Translations under genes and position numbers: made by a program
In this document: positions 1-14,865 of the stretch, one piece after another
Layout: every line of letters begins with the position of its first letter
Position numbering within the stretch: position 1 is the stretch's first letter
DNA from: Eledone cirrhosa
Lineage: Eukaryota
Assembly (NCBI GenBank): GCA_964016885.1
Contig: OZ024754.1
Coordinates: 23,560,001 to 23,624,000, forward strand
DNA: 64,000 bases
Direction of reading: 5' to 3'
Notes under the pieces: model-generated
Told to the model about the DNA's origin: nothing
The model's database searches: none
What the model saw: the letters and a program-made list of their open reading frames with translations, nothing else

Positions 1-334
1 CTCGATCCAGCCCCAAACTCGAGCTGGGAAGGGAAACCTGCAGCTTCCAAGCCATGCTTAATGCCCTCGTTGAGGGCAGCATGGCGTGGAATGCGGCCGG
101 CACTGTGGCGACAGAAAAGTGGGTGGAGGCCGAAAGATTCCACGGTGGAGCCGCAGCGACATTGGTGTGGCTGGCAGATCCGGAGGCTGAGCCTCAGGGA
201 AACGCCAATTCACAGGCTATGGTTGTCTAACTGCGTGCCAGTGGAGAAGGAATGCAGGGCATGGAGCCAGGCACCACTGTGGGGTTTGCAGGTCGCACGA
301 AAACAAGCAAGGCGGTGCTGGTCGAGCTTGCGCG

Positions 335-735
335 TACCATTTACGTGGTTTTGTTTTTGCGTGCAATTGTTCTCACCTCTCCATATAATGACGTATTATC
401 TTCGTTTTTTTCCGTTCATTTCCAGAGAACGTCTCCATGAACCACCTAATAGAATATTAGACTATGACTTCATTTATACCATAAACGCGGTTTTGTCTTT
501 GCGTGTAATTGATTTCACCGCTCCAAATAATGACGTATTATCTTCGTTTTTTGCCGTTCTTTGCCGGGGAACGTTTTCACGAACCAAAGTATCGTCTTCC
601 TGTATTCCTCCAGTTGCAACGTTTTTTGAAATATATACTTCTGCGTTCACAGATTGACTTTTTTAGGTTCAGAAGATCCCGTTAAGGGTAGCGATTCTTT
701 GCTTAAACTTTAATCTGTTATTTTAATAAATATAT
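335..735 (+). mobile_element. Solo pseudo-LTR of PLE family A, with a degenerate hammerhead
   Basis: Matches the 3' regions at 32640-33170 and 52870-53275. It has two ~140-bp subrepeats, an HHR remnant at ~666-710 lacking GAAA, and ends in (TA)n. Confidence 0.85.
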
Positions 736-741
736 ATATAT

Positions 742-1200
742 ACAAGCTCGACCAGCACCGCCTTGCTTGTTTTCGTGCGGCCTCCAAACCTCACTCCCAC
801 AATTGAAAGAACTACTTCGGCCGCTGACCTCTGTCTGACCACCCCATTTCACGCGCACGCGCGCTCTGGTGAATACGTCAGATATTCAAAACAACGAACA
901 GCGGAGGACACGTTTCGCACCTTTCCGACAGACCCCCCCCCCCCAGGAAAAAAAACCCAGTTGATGGATGTGAATCCGAAATATATAGGGATATTTAAAT
1001 CTATCCCAAGGTACTCTTTCTCGTGTTGTTATTTTTATTTTTATCCTTTACGCTCTTTGCTTCATTCCTCTACAGGTTACACGCCACACATCTCAACGTA
1101 CACCCACTTACATCTCTCTCTCCACCACCGGATCTTGTTACCCGGAGATTTACCCAACTGCATTGTCGAGGCTTCCAAACGACTTAAAGAAATTTACCTT
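742..1200 (+). repeat. Dispersed repeat family D (PLE pLTR-like)
   Basis: 956-1197 matches 17258-17510. 742-795 is the reverse complement of 279-330. Confidence 0.7.
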
Positions 1201-1233
1201 ATTATTCCACAATGCTTCAAGCAAACTTCAATA

Positions 1234-1299
<66 letters not shown>

Positions 1300-1313
1300 T
1301 AAATAAAAGAAGA

Positions 1314-1369
1314 AAAATTATAATAATTAACTTACTTACTTAAGTAAGTAAGTTAATTATTATAATTTT
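1314..1369. repeat. 56-bp perfect AT-rich palindrome
   Basis: aaaattataataattaacttacttactt|aagtaagtaagttaattattataatttt. Confidence 0.9.
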
Positions 1370-1486
1370 CTTATTTTACGTCTTTCATATAATTGTTCTA
1401 CAAAGTTACTAAGACAAAACCTATATCTTGCTAGCGTAAGTATTCTTCTGTATAAATATGTTGGTAGATATACTAATTCTTTATAT

Positions 1487-4400
1487 ATATATAGTAATAA
1501 TAATAAAGTTGAAGACTAAAATCCAAAGAGGGCTCGATAAGGATAAATATATATCAAATATATAAGAACCGTAGGCCAAATATTTATTAATTTCAATTCA
1601 ATTACCTCTGTATTTAACTTACTTTATTCTTAACTCTGAAGCCGACAATCATTCAGTTTCCTAGTTAGAATTTTAGTCTACAACTTCGGTTATACCATTT
1701 ACGTGGTTTTGTCTTTGCGTGCAATTGTTCACAGCGCTCCACATAATGACGTATTATCTTCGTTTTTTCGGTTCATTGCCAGAGAACGTCTCAATGAACC
1801 ACCTAATAAAATATTATCGAGCCCTCTTTGGATTTTAGTCTTCAAATTTATTATTATTACTATTTGGCTCCCTAGGTTGAGCACTCTATTGACTTATATT
1901 CATCATGCAGAAACAACATCTGAATATTTCTACAAAGAACATACCAGTACGAAGCAGGAAAACATACCTAAAACTCATGATACAGAAAACAGACGCGTTC
2001 ATTAAAAGGTTGCGTTGGCGTGCTTTTTATTTCGATAATCAGGGAAAAGCAGACAACAAACAGGATAAATTTGGGTTTAAAACCTATAATAACCATCCGA
2101 GTAACCCAGCATGCTACCCTTCGAAAATGATGTCTTGGAACTCATACGGAGCATCAAATTTCGGAACAGGAGCAATTCCTTCCATCAGGACCTGAAGAAT
2201 AGAATTCGTTCTATTAAGCATTCTAATGCCGTGCATGTCCACTCCGACAAAACTGGCAATCTATATCAAGTAGAGCGCAGTACTTACCACCAACTGCTAC
2301 ATAATGTTGTAACTAAGGATTACCGTAAAACTAATCGGAACGTCATTAATAAAATCAATGATGCTGGGTTTAAAATCACCTCTGATCTCAGCATCCTGGA
2401 CCGGACTGAACCTCTGGACCCTATTTCTCTCCACGTTACCCTGAAGGATCACAAATCCAATTTCCCGAACAACCCCTCTCTTCGGCTTTTAACCCTACGA
2501 AGTCCGATTTAGGTAGACTTAGTAAAAGGATTTTAGATAGAATTATACCTGAAATTAGAAGCTTGGCCTTTCTTGCACTGTGGAACAATTCTTTCGCGGT
2601 AATTGATTGGTTCAACGGCATATGCAACAAGGAACATTGCCGTTTTATCCACTTCGACATCAATAATTACTACTCCTCCATCACTTTACCACTTCTCCTT
2701 AGAGCTATCAATTTCGCTAAAACACTCACAGTGGTTAAGGATTTCGAAGTTGATGTCATCCTCAATACCCGTAAGTCGGTCATTAATTTCGACGACTCTA
2801 TTTGGATTAAAACATCTAATAGTAACCCATTCGACGTGAGTATGGGCGCCAGCGATTCAGCGGAGGTTACTGATCTTATCGACCTTTTCCTTCTTTTCTC
2901 TATCAAGGAAGAATTCCCCAACGTGGGCGGTGGTTTGTACCGTGATGATGGTCTTTGATCATGACAAAGTGTGGCCCACGTGCTTGCGACAGGTTCAGAA
3001 AAGAACTCACAGCCTTCTTTAAAGGTTTCAACCTCTCCATACAGATTAAGGCCAACCTCTCGGCCGTTAATTACCTCTACGTTACTCTCAATTTGTCGAA
3101 TGGCTTGCACTACCCGTATAGAAAGCCGAATGATACGCTTAATTACATAAGTAACCATTCTGCCAGCATAACCAAGAACCTGGTAAGAAACGTTTATTTG
3201 AAGCTTTCCCGTCTACTAACAAGCATATTTTCAACGACCATTCCACATATTACAATGAAGCTCTTGCTCGGAGTGGATTTGTCGATAAGGTAGCATATAG
3301 AGAGTACGAGAATAGACCTAGAAAAATTGATCCCGACGCATTATATGGTATAACCCACCATATAATATGGAGGTGGCCACACCATTAGCTAGGATCTTTC
3401 TCTCCCTTATTATGAAGCATTTCCCCCAGCACATAAATATAGTAAAATTTTTAATAGAAATACCATTAAAATTTCTTACTCTACGACTCCTAACCTTGTA
3501 CATAACATCACAGCTTCAAATCTAGCTAAACTATCTAGAAGTAGGAACACGTGCAACCCTGTAGTTAGTACTAACTGTAATTGTAGGAATCGGGTTGATT
3601 GCCCCCTATCCGGGAAATGCCTCTCTAGTAACATTGTCTACAAATGTAAGGTTGTAACACCCACGTCCCGTAGGGCCTACATAGGGTTAACCGCCAATAG
3701 ATTCAAGCAGCGTCTTTACATGCATACCCATTCTTTTCGTTACCCTCTAAGAAGGAATATGACGTCACTTTCAGCTTATATCTGGAGTCAACCACACCCA
3801 ATATAAGTTACACTGGGAGATCCTAGCTAGGGCTAGATCGTATAACGGAAATAAAAGACCATGTGACCTCTGCGCCGCTGAGGCCCTGGAAATACTCTAC
3901 GCCACAGACCACATCTTAAACAAAAAATCTGAGGCAATTTCGGCTTGTAAACATAAATTGCACAAAACTTTCCTGTATTACAGTCCCACGTTATACCCTA
4001 ACGGATAGTACGAACTATACGCGGATATTTTACGTCTTGATGTGGTAGCTAAGTATATGTTATGTTTATACCATTACTTATTTGTATAGGTAAGGATATA
4101 TTACCTGTATGTTTTGTGAAGGTACGTATACTTTCTCGTACATATATTGCTTGTATATGTTATGGTGCATATATTGTATATTCTGGAACACGTGCATATA
4201 GTTAGGTGTATACGCGAATTTTGCGTCTGTGTGAGTGTGCGGGTTCGTACGTATGTAGTGTGTGTGTATATGTGTACTTTGTGTTTTGGTCGACGTACGT
4301 CTGCGAACATATGTGTATTTACATGTAGGTATGTGTGTGCTCGCGTTATATACGTATTTATTTATTCATATACGTTTATTTAATTATATGTATACACGCA

Positions 4401-4735
4401 CACACACACATATATATATATATATATTTATATATATATTTTTATGTGTATTTGGTGTATACATTCGTATGCGTGCGGGTACAGGCGTTGCGGGTTTTTT
4501 TTGTGTACGTGCTTGTATTTGTATACCTATGGCAGGTGTTTTCGCGTATGCTTGTGTATGTACGTATATGGATGCGTGTATATATTTATTTAATTTCACT
4601 TACCTCTGTATTTTACTTACTTTATTCTTAACTCTGAAGCCGAGAATCATTCGGTTTCCTAGTTAGAATTATAGTCTACGACTTCAGTTATACCATTTAC
4701 GTGGTTTTGTCTTTGCGTGCAATTGTTCTCACCGA
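1487..4735 (+). mobile_element. Near full-length Penelope-like element, family A (C-terminal EN, Hydra-clade-like)
   Basis: Order is inverted tail 1487-1590, partial pLTR, 5'UTR, fragmented ORF 1905-4008, then 3'UTR/pLTR. Confidence 0.9.
1905..4008 (+). pseudogene. PLE reverse transcriptase + GIY-YIG endonuclease ORF (frameshifted)
   Basis: Motifs STKNIP..FIKRLRWRA, DKT (HSDKTGN), FDINNYYSSI, MGASDSAEV, GLYRDDGL, CNCRNRVDCPLSGKCL, IVYKC..YIGLT. Several frameshifts. Confidence 0.92.
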
Positions 4736-4774
4736 TCTATATAAATGGAAACTATATTTTTATAAAACCATATT

Positions 4775-4836
4775 TATTCTATTATATATATTTTAAGGGT
4801 ACCAAAAATTTTGGTACGCTATCATCAGATAAAATA
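4775..4836 (-). ncRNA. Type-I hammerhead ribozyme (GAAA mutated to AAAA)
   Basis: Minus strand reads tattttat CTGATGA tagcgtacca..tggtaccctt AAAA tatata TA atagaata. Confidence 0.7.
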
Positions 4837-6167
4837 CAAAATGTTTTATAAATATTTGACATGACGAAGGATAATATACCTTAACGGTTCAAGTTATCCC
4901 TGGAAAGTGAAGGGAAAAGAGGAGAAAAATCAGATATTTAAAATTATTAATATGAGTATGCAAATGATGTGTATATTAAAGGGCTGAAAAAACGTTATTT
5001 TAGACGCTATGGAAAATTTAAATATTTATGATAAGGAAGAGAAAGAGAAAAGAATAATGTTAATTTGGGGGAAAAGATTTTTGTTACCTATATTATGAGT
5101 TATAAAATTAAATGAAGAATTATGGTTGTAAGTATTTTTATCTTATTACATTAGGATAAGTTATATGTATATAAATATCTCTATATATATTAAGTTGCGT
5201 ATGCATTGATTGTTTATATAAACAAATATGAGTTACGAAGGATGTTGAAATTTTATTTTCAAGCTGTGAGATTAGAATAATTTGTGGATTCAAACATTTT
5301 CAACATTGAGAATGTTTTCAGAATATTGTTATTTTAACGAAGCTATATCAATTATCAAACTAAAATTGTTAAAGAAGGAAAAGGAACGTTAATTTAGGGA
5401 AAATATATTCAGGCATTTGTCTATATTTATATGGAGAATTATTTATCTTATTATAATAATAATATATAAATATCTCTATATATATTTTAATAATAGAATA
5501 TGTGTTTTTATTTATTAAAAGGATAGTTTGTTTATAATATGAGTTACGAGGGATGTTGATTTATAAATAAATAAAAAATAAATAAATAAATAGGTGTTTT
5601 TTCCTAATATAAGTTACTAGGATGTTGATTTTATGTAAATAAATAGGTAGTTACAATTTATAAGGTTAAATTAACGGAGTTATGTATAAAAAGTGTTTAT
5701 GTTTGAAAGAAGGAAAGATAATTCTAATTTTTTTTTTATTAATCGCTAGTGTGGGATTAATTATTTATTCTAAAGAAATATGAATATTTAAACATCATCC
5801 TGAATAGTATATATTTTACTAAAAACAGTTAATGATTATTAATCTACATTTAAAAATTAGATTTAGAGGGTGTCATTAGAAAAATAAAGCTTTAGGGGGT
5901 GTCATTAGAAAAATAAAAATTAAGAAAAATGAATTAAAGAATTTAAAAGAATTAAAATTAAAATTAAAATTAGAATTATATAGAAGTACATAATGTATAA
6001 GTACATAAATATATATAAATATCTATACATGCACACGTATATATATATTATAAGAAATTTTAAAGATATTATGATTTAGAGATATTAATATATTAAAAGT
6101 ATTAAAAATATAAAATGTTAGAGCAGATAAGATCATTTTGGAGATTAATAGGAATATTATAAGTATA

Positions 6168-6776
6168 TTATAAGTTACATATATTTCTGAATGTAGAATT
6201 TTGGCGATGTCTGCAACAACTAAATATTTCTGTTCTAAGGTTAATAGAGATTTTACAATTAATTATATATAAAAATTCTTCAATACATAATTTACAGAGT
6301 CTTGATAAGGCCGTGTTTCGGTAAGCAGGTGCTTTCGAAATCGTTTTCCAAGATAATGAATAGTCTATATTCCTGCTTTTTAAGTTCCATATAAGATGTG
6401 AGAGGGTAGTAGAATATTTTTTCTCAGATCTTCTAAAAGAACAATTGTGGTTATTCCAACGAAGTTTAAATTCTGTAGAAGTGGTACCGACATAGATATT
6501 ATCACTAATTTTAACTGTACATTTATAAACTATATTTTTATCTAAACACTTATTTTGTAAAGGGCAGTTTGATTTGATTCTACAGTTACATTTTACGGAG
6601 TTGTTGTTGCTCAGAACGGTACTATTATACTGGATATTGCTAGAAATATTATTATTAATATTATGGTTATTTTGGTTAGGGTTTAAATTTAAGTTTCTAT
6701 TATTAATTATATTTATATTTTGTGCTATGTTCATAGTAGTAGAGTAGTATAGTTTTATAGTATGTCTGTTAAACAT
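6168..6776 (-). pseudogene. PLE GIY-YIG endonuclease region
   Basis: CNCRIKSNCPLQNKCL, IVYKC..YVGTT, FKLRW..H, CKLCIEE. Confidence 0.88.
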
Positions 6777-7521
6777 TGAGTGCTATCTGTGGGTTTTAGG
6801 AAAACATTTGTCTGGTGCTTTAAAGAATAGCTTTGCTAAAAGTGTGTTAACGCTTAATGAGAATGTGGATGAGTACCAAATAATATTTCTAGTTCTGGTT
6901 CTTTTGTTTGTTTTAGAGTACAAGTTAAATTGTTTATTCTTATTATAATTAATAGTAGGGTGATTTGCCTTATTATTGTTGTCAATGTATTTAATTTTAT
7001 TCGTATACCCTGCTCTATTTAAAGCTTCATTATAATATTCAGCCTTATCCTCAAAAATATTTTTATTAGCAGAGATGCGTGAAATTCGTTGCTGGACGCT
7101 ATTGACGATAGTGTTCTTAATAGATCTAGGATGATTAGAGTTAAAACTTACGTAATTTAGATTCTCATTGATTTTATGGAATGGATAGTAGAGCCCTGTG
7201 CTAAGATTTAATGTTACGTCTAAAAAGTTAACGATTTTATAGTTATTCTCTATTTCTAACTTAAGGTTATAATTATTGAATAGATAGATTTTCTTTTCTT
7301 ATTAATTTCACAATTACTATGGTAATTTTTCAAGGGTACCAACATTTGTGGTACCCTTGAAATATATATAATAGAATAAATATGGTTTTATAAATATAGT
7401 TTCCATTTATTTAATTTCATTGAATATTTACTCCAGAAACCCGTCGAGTGCTCTGAATCAGTTGTAAACATCTATATTTGTTGGATTTCCAACAAATTAA
7501 ATATCTCTTCTACACACACAC

Positions 7522-9664
<2,143 letters not shown>

Positions 9665-9665
<1 letters not shown>

Positions 9666-9668
9666 TAA

Positions 9669-9734
<66 letters not shown>

Positions 9735-9785
9735 ATATGTGTGTATATATATGTGTGTATATGTGTGTGTATATGTCTGTGTGTA

Positions 9786-9823
<38 letters not shown>

Positions 9824-10200
9824 TATGTATATATATGTATTTATATATATATGTGTGTGTGTATATGTGTATATGTATGTATATATATGTGTGTGTATGT
9901 ATGTGTGTATATATATATATATATTTTTGTATATGTATATATATATATGTGTGTATGTATATATATGTGTGTATATATGTATATATGAATATATATATGT
10001 GTGTGTATGTGTATGTGTGTATGTATGTGTATATGTGTGTATATGTGTGTATATATGTATATATATATATATGTATATATATATATGTATATATATGTAT
10101 GTATATATGTATATGTATGTGTATGTGTATGTATGTGTGTATGTATGTGTATATATGTGTGTATGTGTGTGTGTGTATTTATTTATATAAATATATAAAT
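9665..10200. repeat. Compound (TA)n/(TG)n microsatellite; dozens of similar tracts occur across the window
   Basis: Directly visible. These tracts generate the YI/CV-rich ORFs. Confidence 0.98.
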
Positions 10201-10281
10201 ATAAACAAGATGGCGTAGGACAGAACAAAGGAGAGGCACAAAAACAAAGGAGAGGCACAAAAACAAAGAAAAGAATCCCCA

Positions 10282-10324
10282 GTCACTGAAGAGGTCACAG
10301 AATGTGTGACGAAAGAACTTTGAC
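10282..10324 (+). ncRNA. Minimal type-I hammerhead ribozyme
   Basis: gtca CTGAAGA g-gtcaca gaatg tgtgac GAAA gaac TT tgac. Confidence 0.75.
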
Positions 10325-10470
10325 AATATATAAACAACTATCTGTTTGTGGAACCAACCAACTAACCAGAAATTTATAAATTCCTAAATTTATAAATTTA
10401 TTATAATAAATTGAAGTGAAAGCAACTGGTGCGTGTGTTTCTTATTGGCAACATGACCCTCCCAAAGTAT

Positions 10471-10506
<36 letters not shown>

Positions 10507-10511
<5 letters not shown>

Positions 10512-10672
10512 AACGAGTAGGACCCCGACGGCTGAGCTCAAGCCGTTTCGACGAAACGGCTTGAGCTCAGCCGTCGGGGTCCTACTCGTTCATATTACCC
10601 ACTCTACTACCCTAAGTATTGAGTACTTTGGTGCGTTATGGTCCACCTGGTTCCTTACCACATTTCCTTCGT

Positions 10673-10675
<3 letters not shown>
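10507..10675 (+). mobile_element. Palindromic PLE-pLTR remnant, family E (half hammerhead, folded back)
   Basis: Inverted arms 10511-10550/10552-10591 contain GAAA-cggct..agccg-TC-ggggtcc. Flanked by (TA)n. Confidence 0.75.
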
Positions 10676-10711
<36 letters not shown>

Positions 10712-10818
10712 CTGTGTGTATATATATATATATATATATGTGTGTGTATATGTGTATATGTGTATATGTGTGTATATAAGTATATATATGTATATATGTG
10801 TATATGTTTATGTATGTG

Positions 10819-10871
<53 letters not shown>

Positions 10872-10936
10872 CTATGTGTATATATATGTGTATGTTTGTG
10901 TTTATGTGCGTATATGTATGTGTGTGTGTATATATA

Positions 10937-10973
<37 letters not shown>

Positions 10974-11102
10974 GTGTGTTTGTATGTATGCGTGTATGTA
11001 TGTGTGTATATGTATGTATATGTGTATATGTATGTGTATGTATGTATATATGTGTGTGTGTATATGTATATGTATGTGTATATATGTATATATATATATA
11101 TA

Positions 11103-12770
11103 TTTAAAACCCTTCTGAATGGACTCAACACTAACTTACAATTCACAATGGATTACAGCCATGAACAACTCCCTTTCCTCGACATCCTCATCAAGAAAAC
11201 TAGCAACAAAATAGAAACAGACATATACTACAAACCCACAGACTCTAAACAATATCTTCCATTCAACTCGTGCCACTCTAGACACACCAAAATGGCAATT
11301 CCTTATAACCTAGCCAGAAGGATCTGCACAATAGTTTCAGATAAATACACATGCTACGCACGACTAGAAGAATTAAAAAACACACTTTTCAGCAGAAACT
11401 ACCCACCATCCCTAATCACCAATGGATTCCAACGTGCCCTAAAACTAGACATCCAGGAACTCAGACACCCCAAACTCACGAATGAACCGCAACAAAAAAA
11501 TTCTACCATACATCTCCACACACAACCCCCTCAACAATGAGGCATTCGACACCATCCTCCAGAACATTCCTTTACTAAAAAGAGACCCAAGAATGAACAA
11601 AATCCTCCAAACACACAACATCATAAAGAGCAAAAGACAACCCAAATCCATAAAAAACATCCTCACACAAGCCAAAATCCAACAAACCCTCACAATGAAC
11701 CCTACAGTAACAAAATGCGGAAGGCCCAACTGTAGCATATGCATAAATCTAATAGAAGGTTCAACATTCCATTCTAAACAAGGACAGCGTTTCACAGTTA
11801 AACACAACTTTACATGTGCATCTGGAAACCTTATCTATGTTTTGACCTGCTCAGGTTGTCAAGTGCACTACATAGGACAGACAAAAAACAGCCTCCTTCA
11901 ACGTATGACCGTGCATAAATCGCAAATTAAAATACAGGAATACAGAAAGATTGCATTTAGTGAACATATCGCCAATTGTGCTCACAACCAACATCCAAAC
12001 TTTAAAATTTCCGCCATTTACAAATTCATAGACAACGCTACTTTCATCCAACGTACCAATAAGGAAACATATTTCATTAATAAATTCCAACCCCTACTTA
12101 ATGCTCTAAAAATCGGATCAATCTAAAACTGCAACAAACAATCAAACATTTACAAGAGTTACCTCCCTCACACCCTACCTAATCCTTTTTCTTAAATAAA
12201 TTAAATATCACCCAGCAAGAATTGCTTCCCCCTGCATATTAACTCTCTAAAAAGGGAAATCATATCAAACCTCAGTCCACCATTTGCCTCCATCATGGAA
12301 TCATGGATCAACTAAGCACTCTTGATATATTAACACATTTTGATCTGCTTAACTTCAATAACTATGCTTTTAAATAACATTATTTTTCTTCCACATTGAC
12401 TTTTTATGCTCTACATTATGCACGTTTGTTTTTCCTTTTTCTTTTTTCTTTTCACTTCATAAACCTTGTTTGTAAATAACATTATTTTTTTTGCACCTTC
12501 TATTTAACATGTGCGACACCACACTAATACATTTCACTATCATTTGATAATGCATAAAAATGCTGAAACCGGTAATAGACAATAATTAAATAGATAAATA
12601 GATAAATAAATGCCATTGTTAAATAATACATAAATCAACTAATACCTTAACACTTCACACAAAGTAAAACATTTCGTTTTAATCATTTTCTAACCCAGAA
12701 AAAAGAGAGAGAGAAACAAAAAAGGAAAAAAAAATATTTTTCTTCCTAATAATCGTCTCTTTCTCCCTGT

Positions 12771-12775
<5 letters not shown>
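11103..12775 (+). mobile_element. 5'-truncated Neptune-like PLE (RT thumb, Cys linker, CCHH GIY-YIG)
   Basis: [58 protein letters not shown]. Frameshift near 11490. Inserted in (TA)n. Confidence 0.9.
12537..12578 (+). ncRNA. Hammerhead variant with U3-A8 core (TTGATAA) in the 3'UTR of the Neptune-like PLE
   Basis: ctatcat TTGATAA tgcat aaaa atgct GAAA ccgg TA atag. Palindromic helix III; helix I imperfect. Confidence 0.55.
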
Positions 12776-12846
<71 letters not shown>

Positions 12847-12976
12847 ATACTTGGGGAGGGTCATATTTGTGTAATATTGCCAGAATTAATAACAGAACAC
12901 ACTCACTGTTTGGTTGGTTTTCGCTTTTCAACACACGATTTCATATCAAAAACCTCACAAAACTAATTCATCGCCG

Positions 12977-13018
<42 letters not shown>

Positions 13019-13023
<5 letters not shown>

Positions 13024-13218
13024 AACCAGTAAGACCCCGACAGCTGAGCTCAAGCCGTTTCGACGGCTAATTCTGGACTCATGTCCAGAATTAGCCGTCG
13101 AAACGGCTTGAGCTCAGCTGTCGGGGTCTTACTGGTTCCTATTACCCACTCTACTACCTCAAGTATTGAGTACTTTGGTGCGTTATGGTCCACCTGGTTC
13201 CTTACCACATTTCCTTCG

Positions 13219-13222
<4 letters not shown>
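13019..13222 (+). mobile_element. Palindromic family E element (60-bp perfect arms)
   Basis: Arms 13019-13078/13083-13142, loop tcat, flanked by (TA)n. Confidence 0.8.
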
Positions 13223-13271
<49 letters not shown>

Positions 13272-13669
13272 CACACACATACATATATATATACATATAT
13301 ACATACATATATATGTATATGTATATATGTATATATATATATGTATGTGTGTGTATATATATATACATATACATATATATATGTGTGCGTGTGTATATAT
13401 ATATATATATATGTGTGTATATATGTGTATATATATGTATACATGTATATATATATATGTATATGTATGTATATATATGTGTGTGTACATATATATGTGT
13501 ATGTATGTATTTATTATATGTATGTGTGTGTGTGTATATATATATATGTATATATGTGTGGATGTGTGTGTATATGTGTATATGTATGTGTGTATCTATA
13601 TATGTCTGTGTATGTGTGTATATATTTATATATATATGTATGTATGTATATATATATACGTGTGTATAA

Positions 13670-14035
13670 TGGTAGCGATGGTGCTTCCATAGGCAGTATG
13701 CCAAAATTAGCATTCAATATTCATACAGAACAGAGTGTAGATAGTATAAAAAACGAAAAATCAGTGATGCATCTGGACTCAATTTATTGCGTGTTACAAT
13801 TGTTTCGCCAGCAGGTAGCTCGAGACATGATCACTGTATGGACCTGGCTGATTCTACGGCTGCAGGTTCCTTCGGACACGGGCAGTTCGTTCGGAGCAAA
13901 TTTTCTCGAGTGAGAAAATACTGCAGCTGTAGAATCAGCCAGGTTCATACTGTGATCATGTCTCGAGCTACCTGCCGGCGAAACAATTGTTACACGCAAT
14001 AAACTGAGTCCAGATGCATCACTGATTTTTCGTTT
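13670..14035. mobile_element. Fold-back pLTR remnant, family F (arms ~13750-13865/13921-14035)
   Basis: The right arm carries GAAA caattg TT ..AATAAA (3' half of an HHR). Related to 41695-41806 plus 49389-49476. Confidence 0.7.
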
Positions 14036-14129
14036 ATATATATATATATATATATATATAATCAAGGTTTAGCAAATAAGAAAATGTTTCGAAATAAATT
14101 TAAAAAAATTCACTGTACTCACTATGGTT

Positions 14130-14216
14130 ACCTTTACCGAATCGGTTTCGAGTCTCAAAAATAAATGGACAGTCCTTGCGTCCTTCCATTGAAAAGATAA
14201 ACTCTCGTCAGAAGGT
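14130..14216 (-). ncRNA. Type-I hammerhead ribozyme
   Basis: Minus strand reads acctt CTGACGA gagt..actc GAAA ccg att cgg TA aaggt. Confidence 0.85.
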
Positions 14217-14420
14217 TCCTTTCACTCGGAGAATATAAAATTCCCGAGTTCAAATCACAAACTGGCGCTATTCAAAATTGTTCCCGAGATGAGAATGAAT
14301 GATGTGGAAGCAATTCTGTCCAGTGCCGTGTGTAAAGATAGAAGCAGAGGCAGGGAGGTCAGTCTAATACCACTATAAATAGCAGCAGTCAGAACGACCA
14401 AATTTTATCTCGACCAAGAG

Positions 14421-14536
<116 letters not shown>

Positions 14537-14541
14537 GATGT

Positions 14542-14575
<34 letters not shown>

Positions 14576-14616
14576 ATGTGTGTGTATATATGTGTATATG
14601 TTTATATATATGTGTG

Positions 14617-14671
<55 letters not shown>

Positions 14672-14704
14672 GTATGTATGTGTGTGCGTCTGTTTATATA
14701 TATG

Positions 14705-14735
<31 letters not shown>

Positions 14736-14749
14736 ATATTACACCTGAT

Positions 14750-14851
<102 letters not shown>

Positions 14852-14865
14852 TATGTATATATATA

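Larger units (their letters stand above)
4737..7510 (-). mobile_element. 5'-truncated PLE family C (AT-rich) with inverted pLTR copy at 7328-7510
   Basis: RT C-terminus/thumb remnants at 6780-7290 and GIY-YIG ORF 6168-6776. 3'UTR ends in an HHR at 4775-4836. 7349-7410 is the reverse complement of 4741-4805. Confidence 0.85.

Noticed and set aside
1-330. GC-rich start and ORF 61-657 as a gene
   Set aside because: The ORF runs into a PLE pLTR and has no recognisable motif. 279-330 is an inverted copy of repeat 742-795.
335-600. Tandem ~140-bp subrepeats as a CRISPR array or SECIS pair
   Set aside because: Only two diverged units, no unique spacers, eukaryotic context, and no apical AA motif.
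2950-2960. TGA right after YRDDGL as a possible selenocysteine codon
   Set aside because: The copy at 51694-52329 reads DDGLLTMTK, so this is a 1-nt frameshift. No convincing SECIS was seen.
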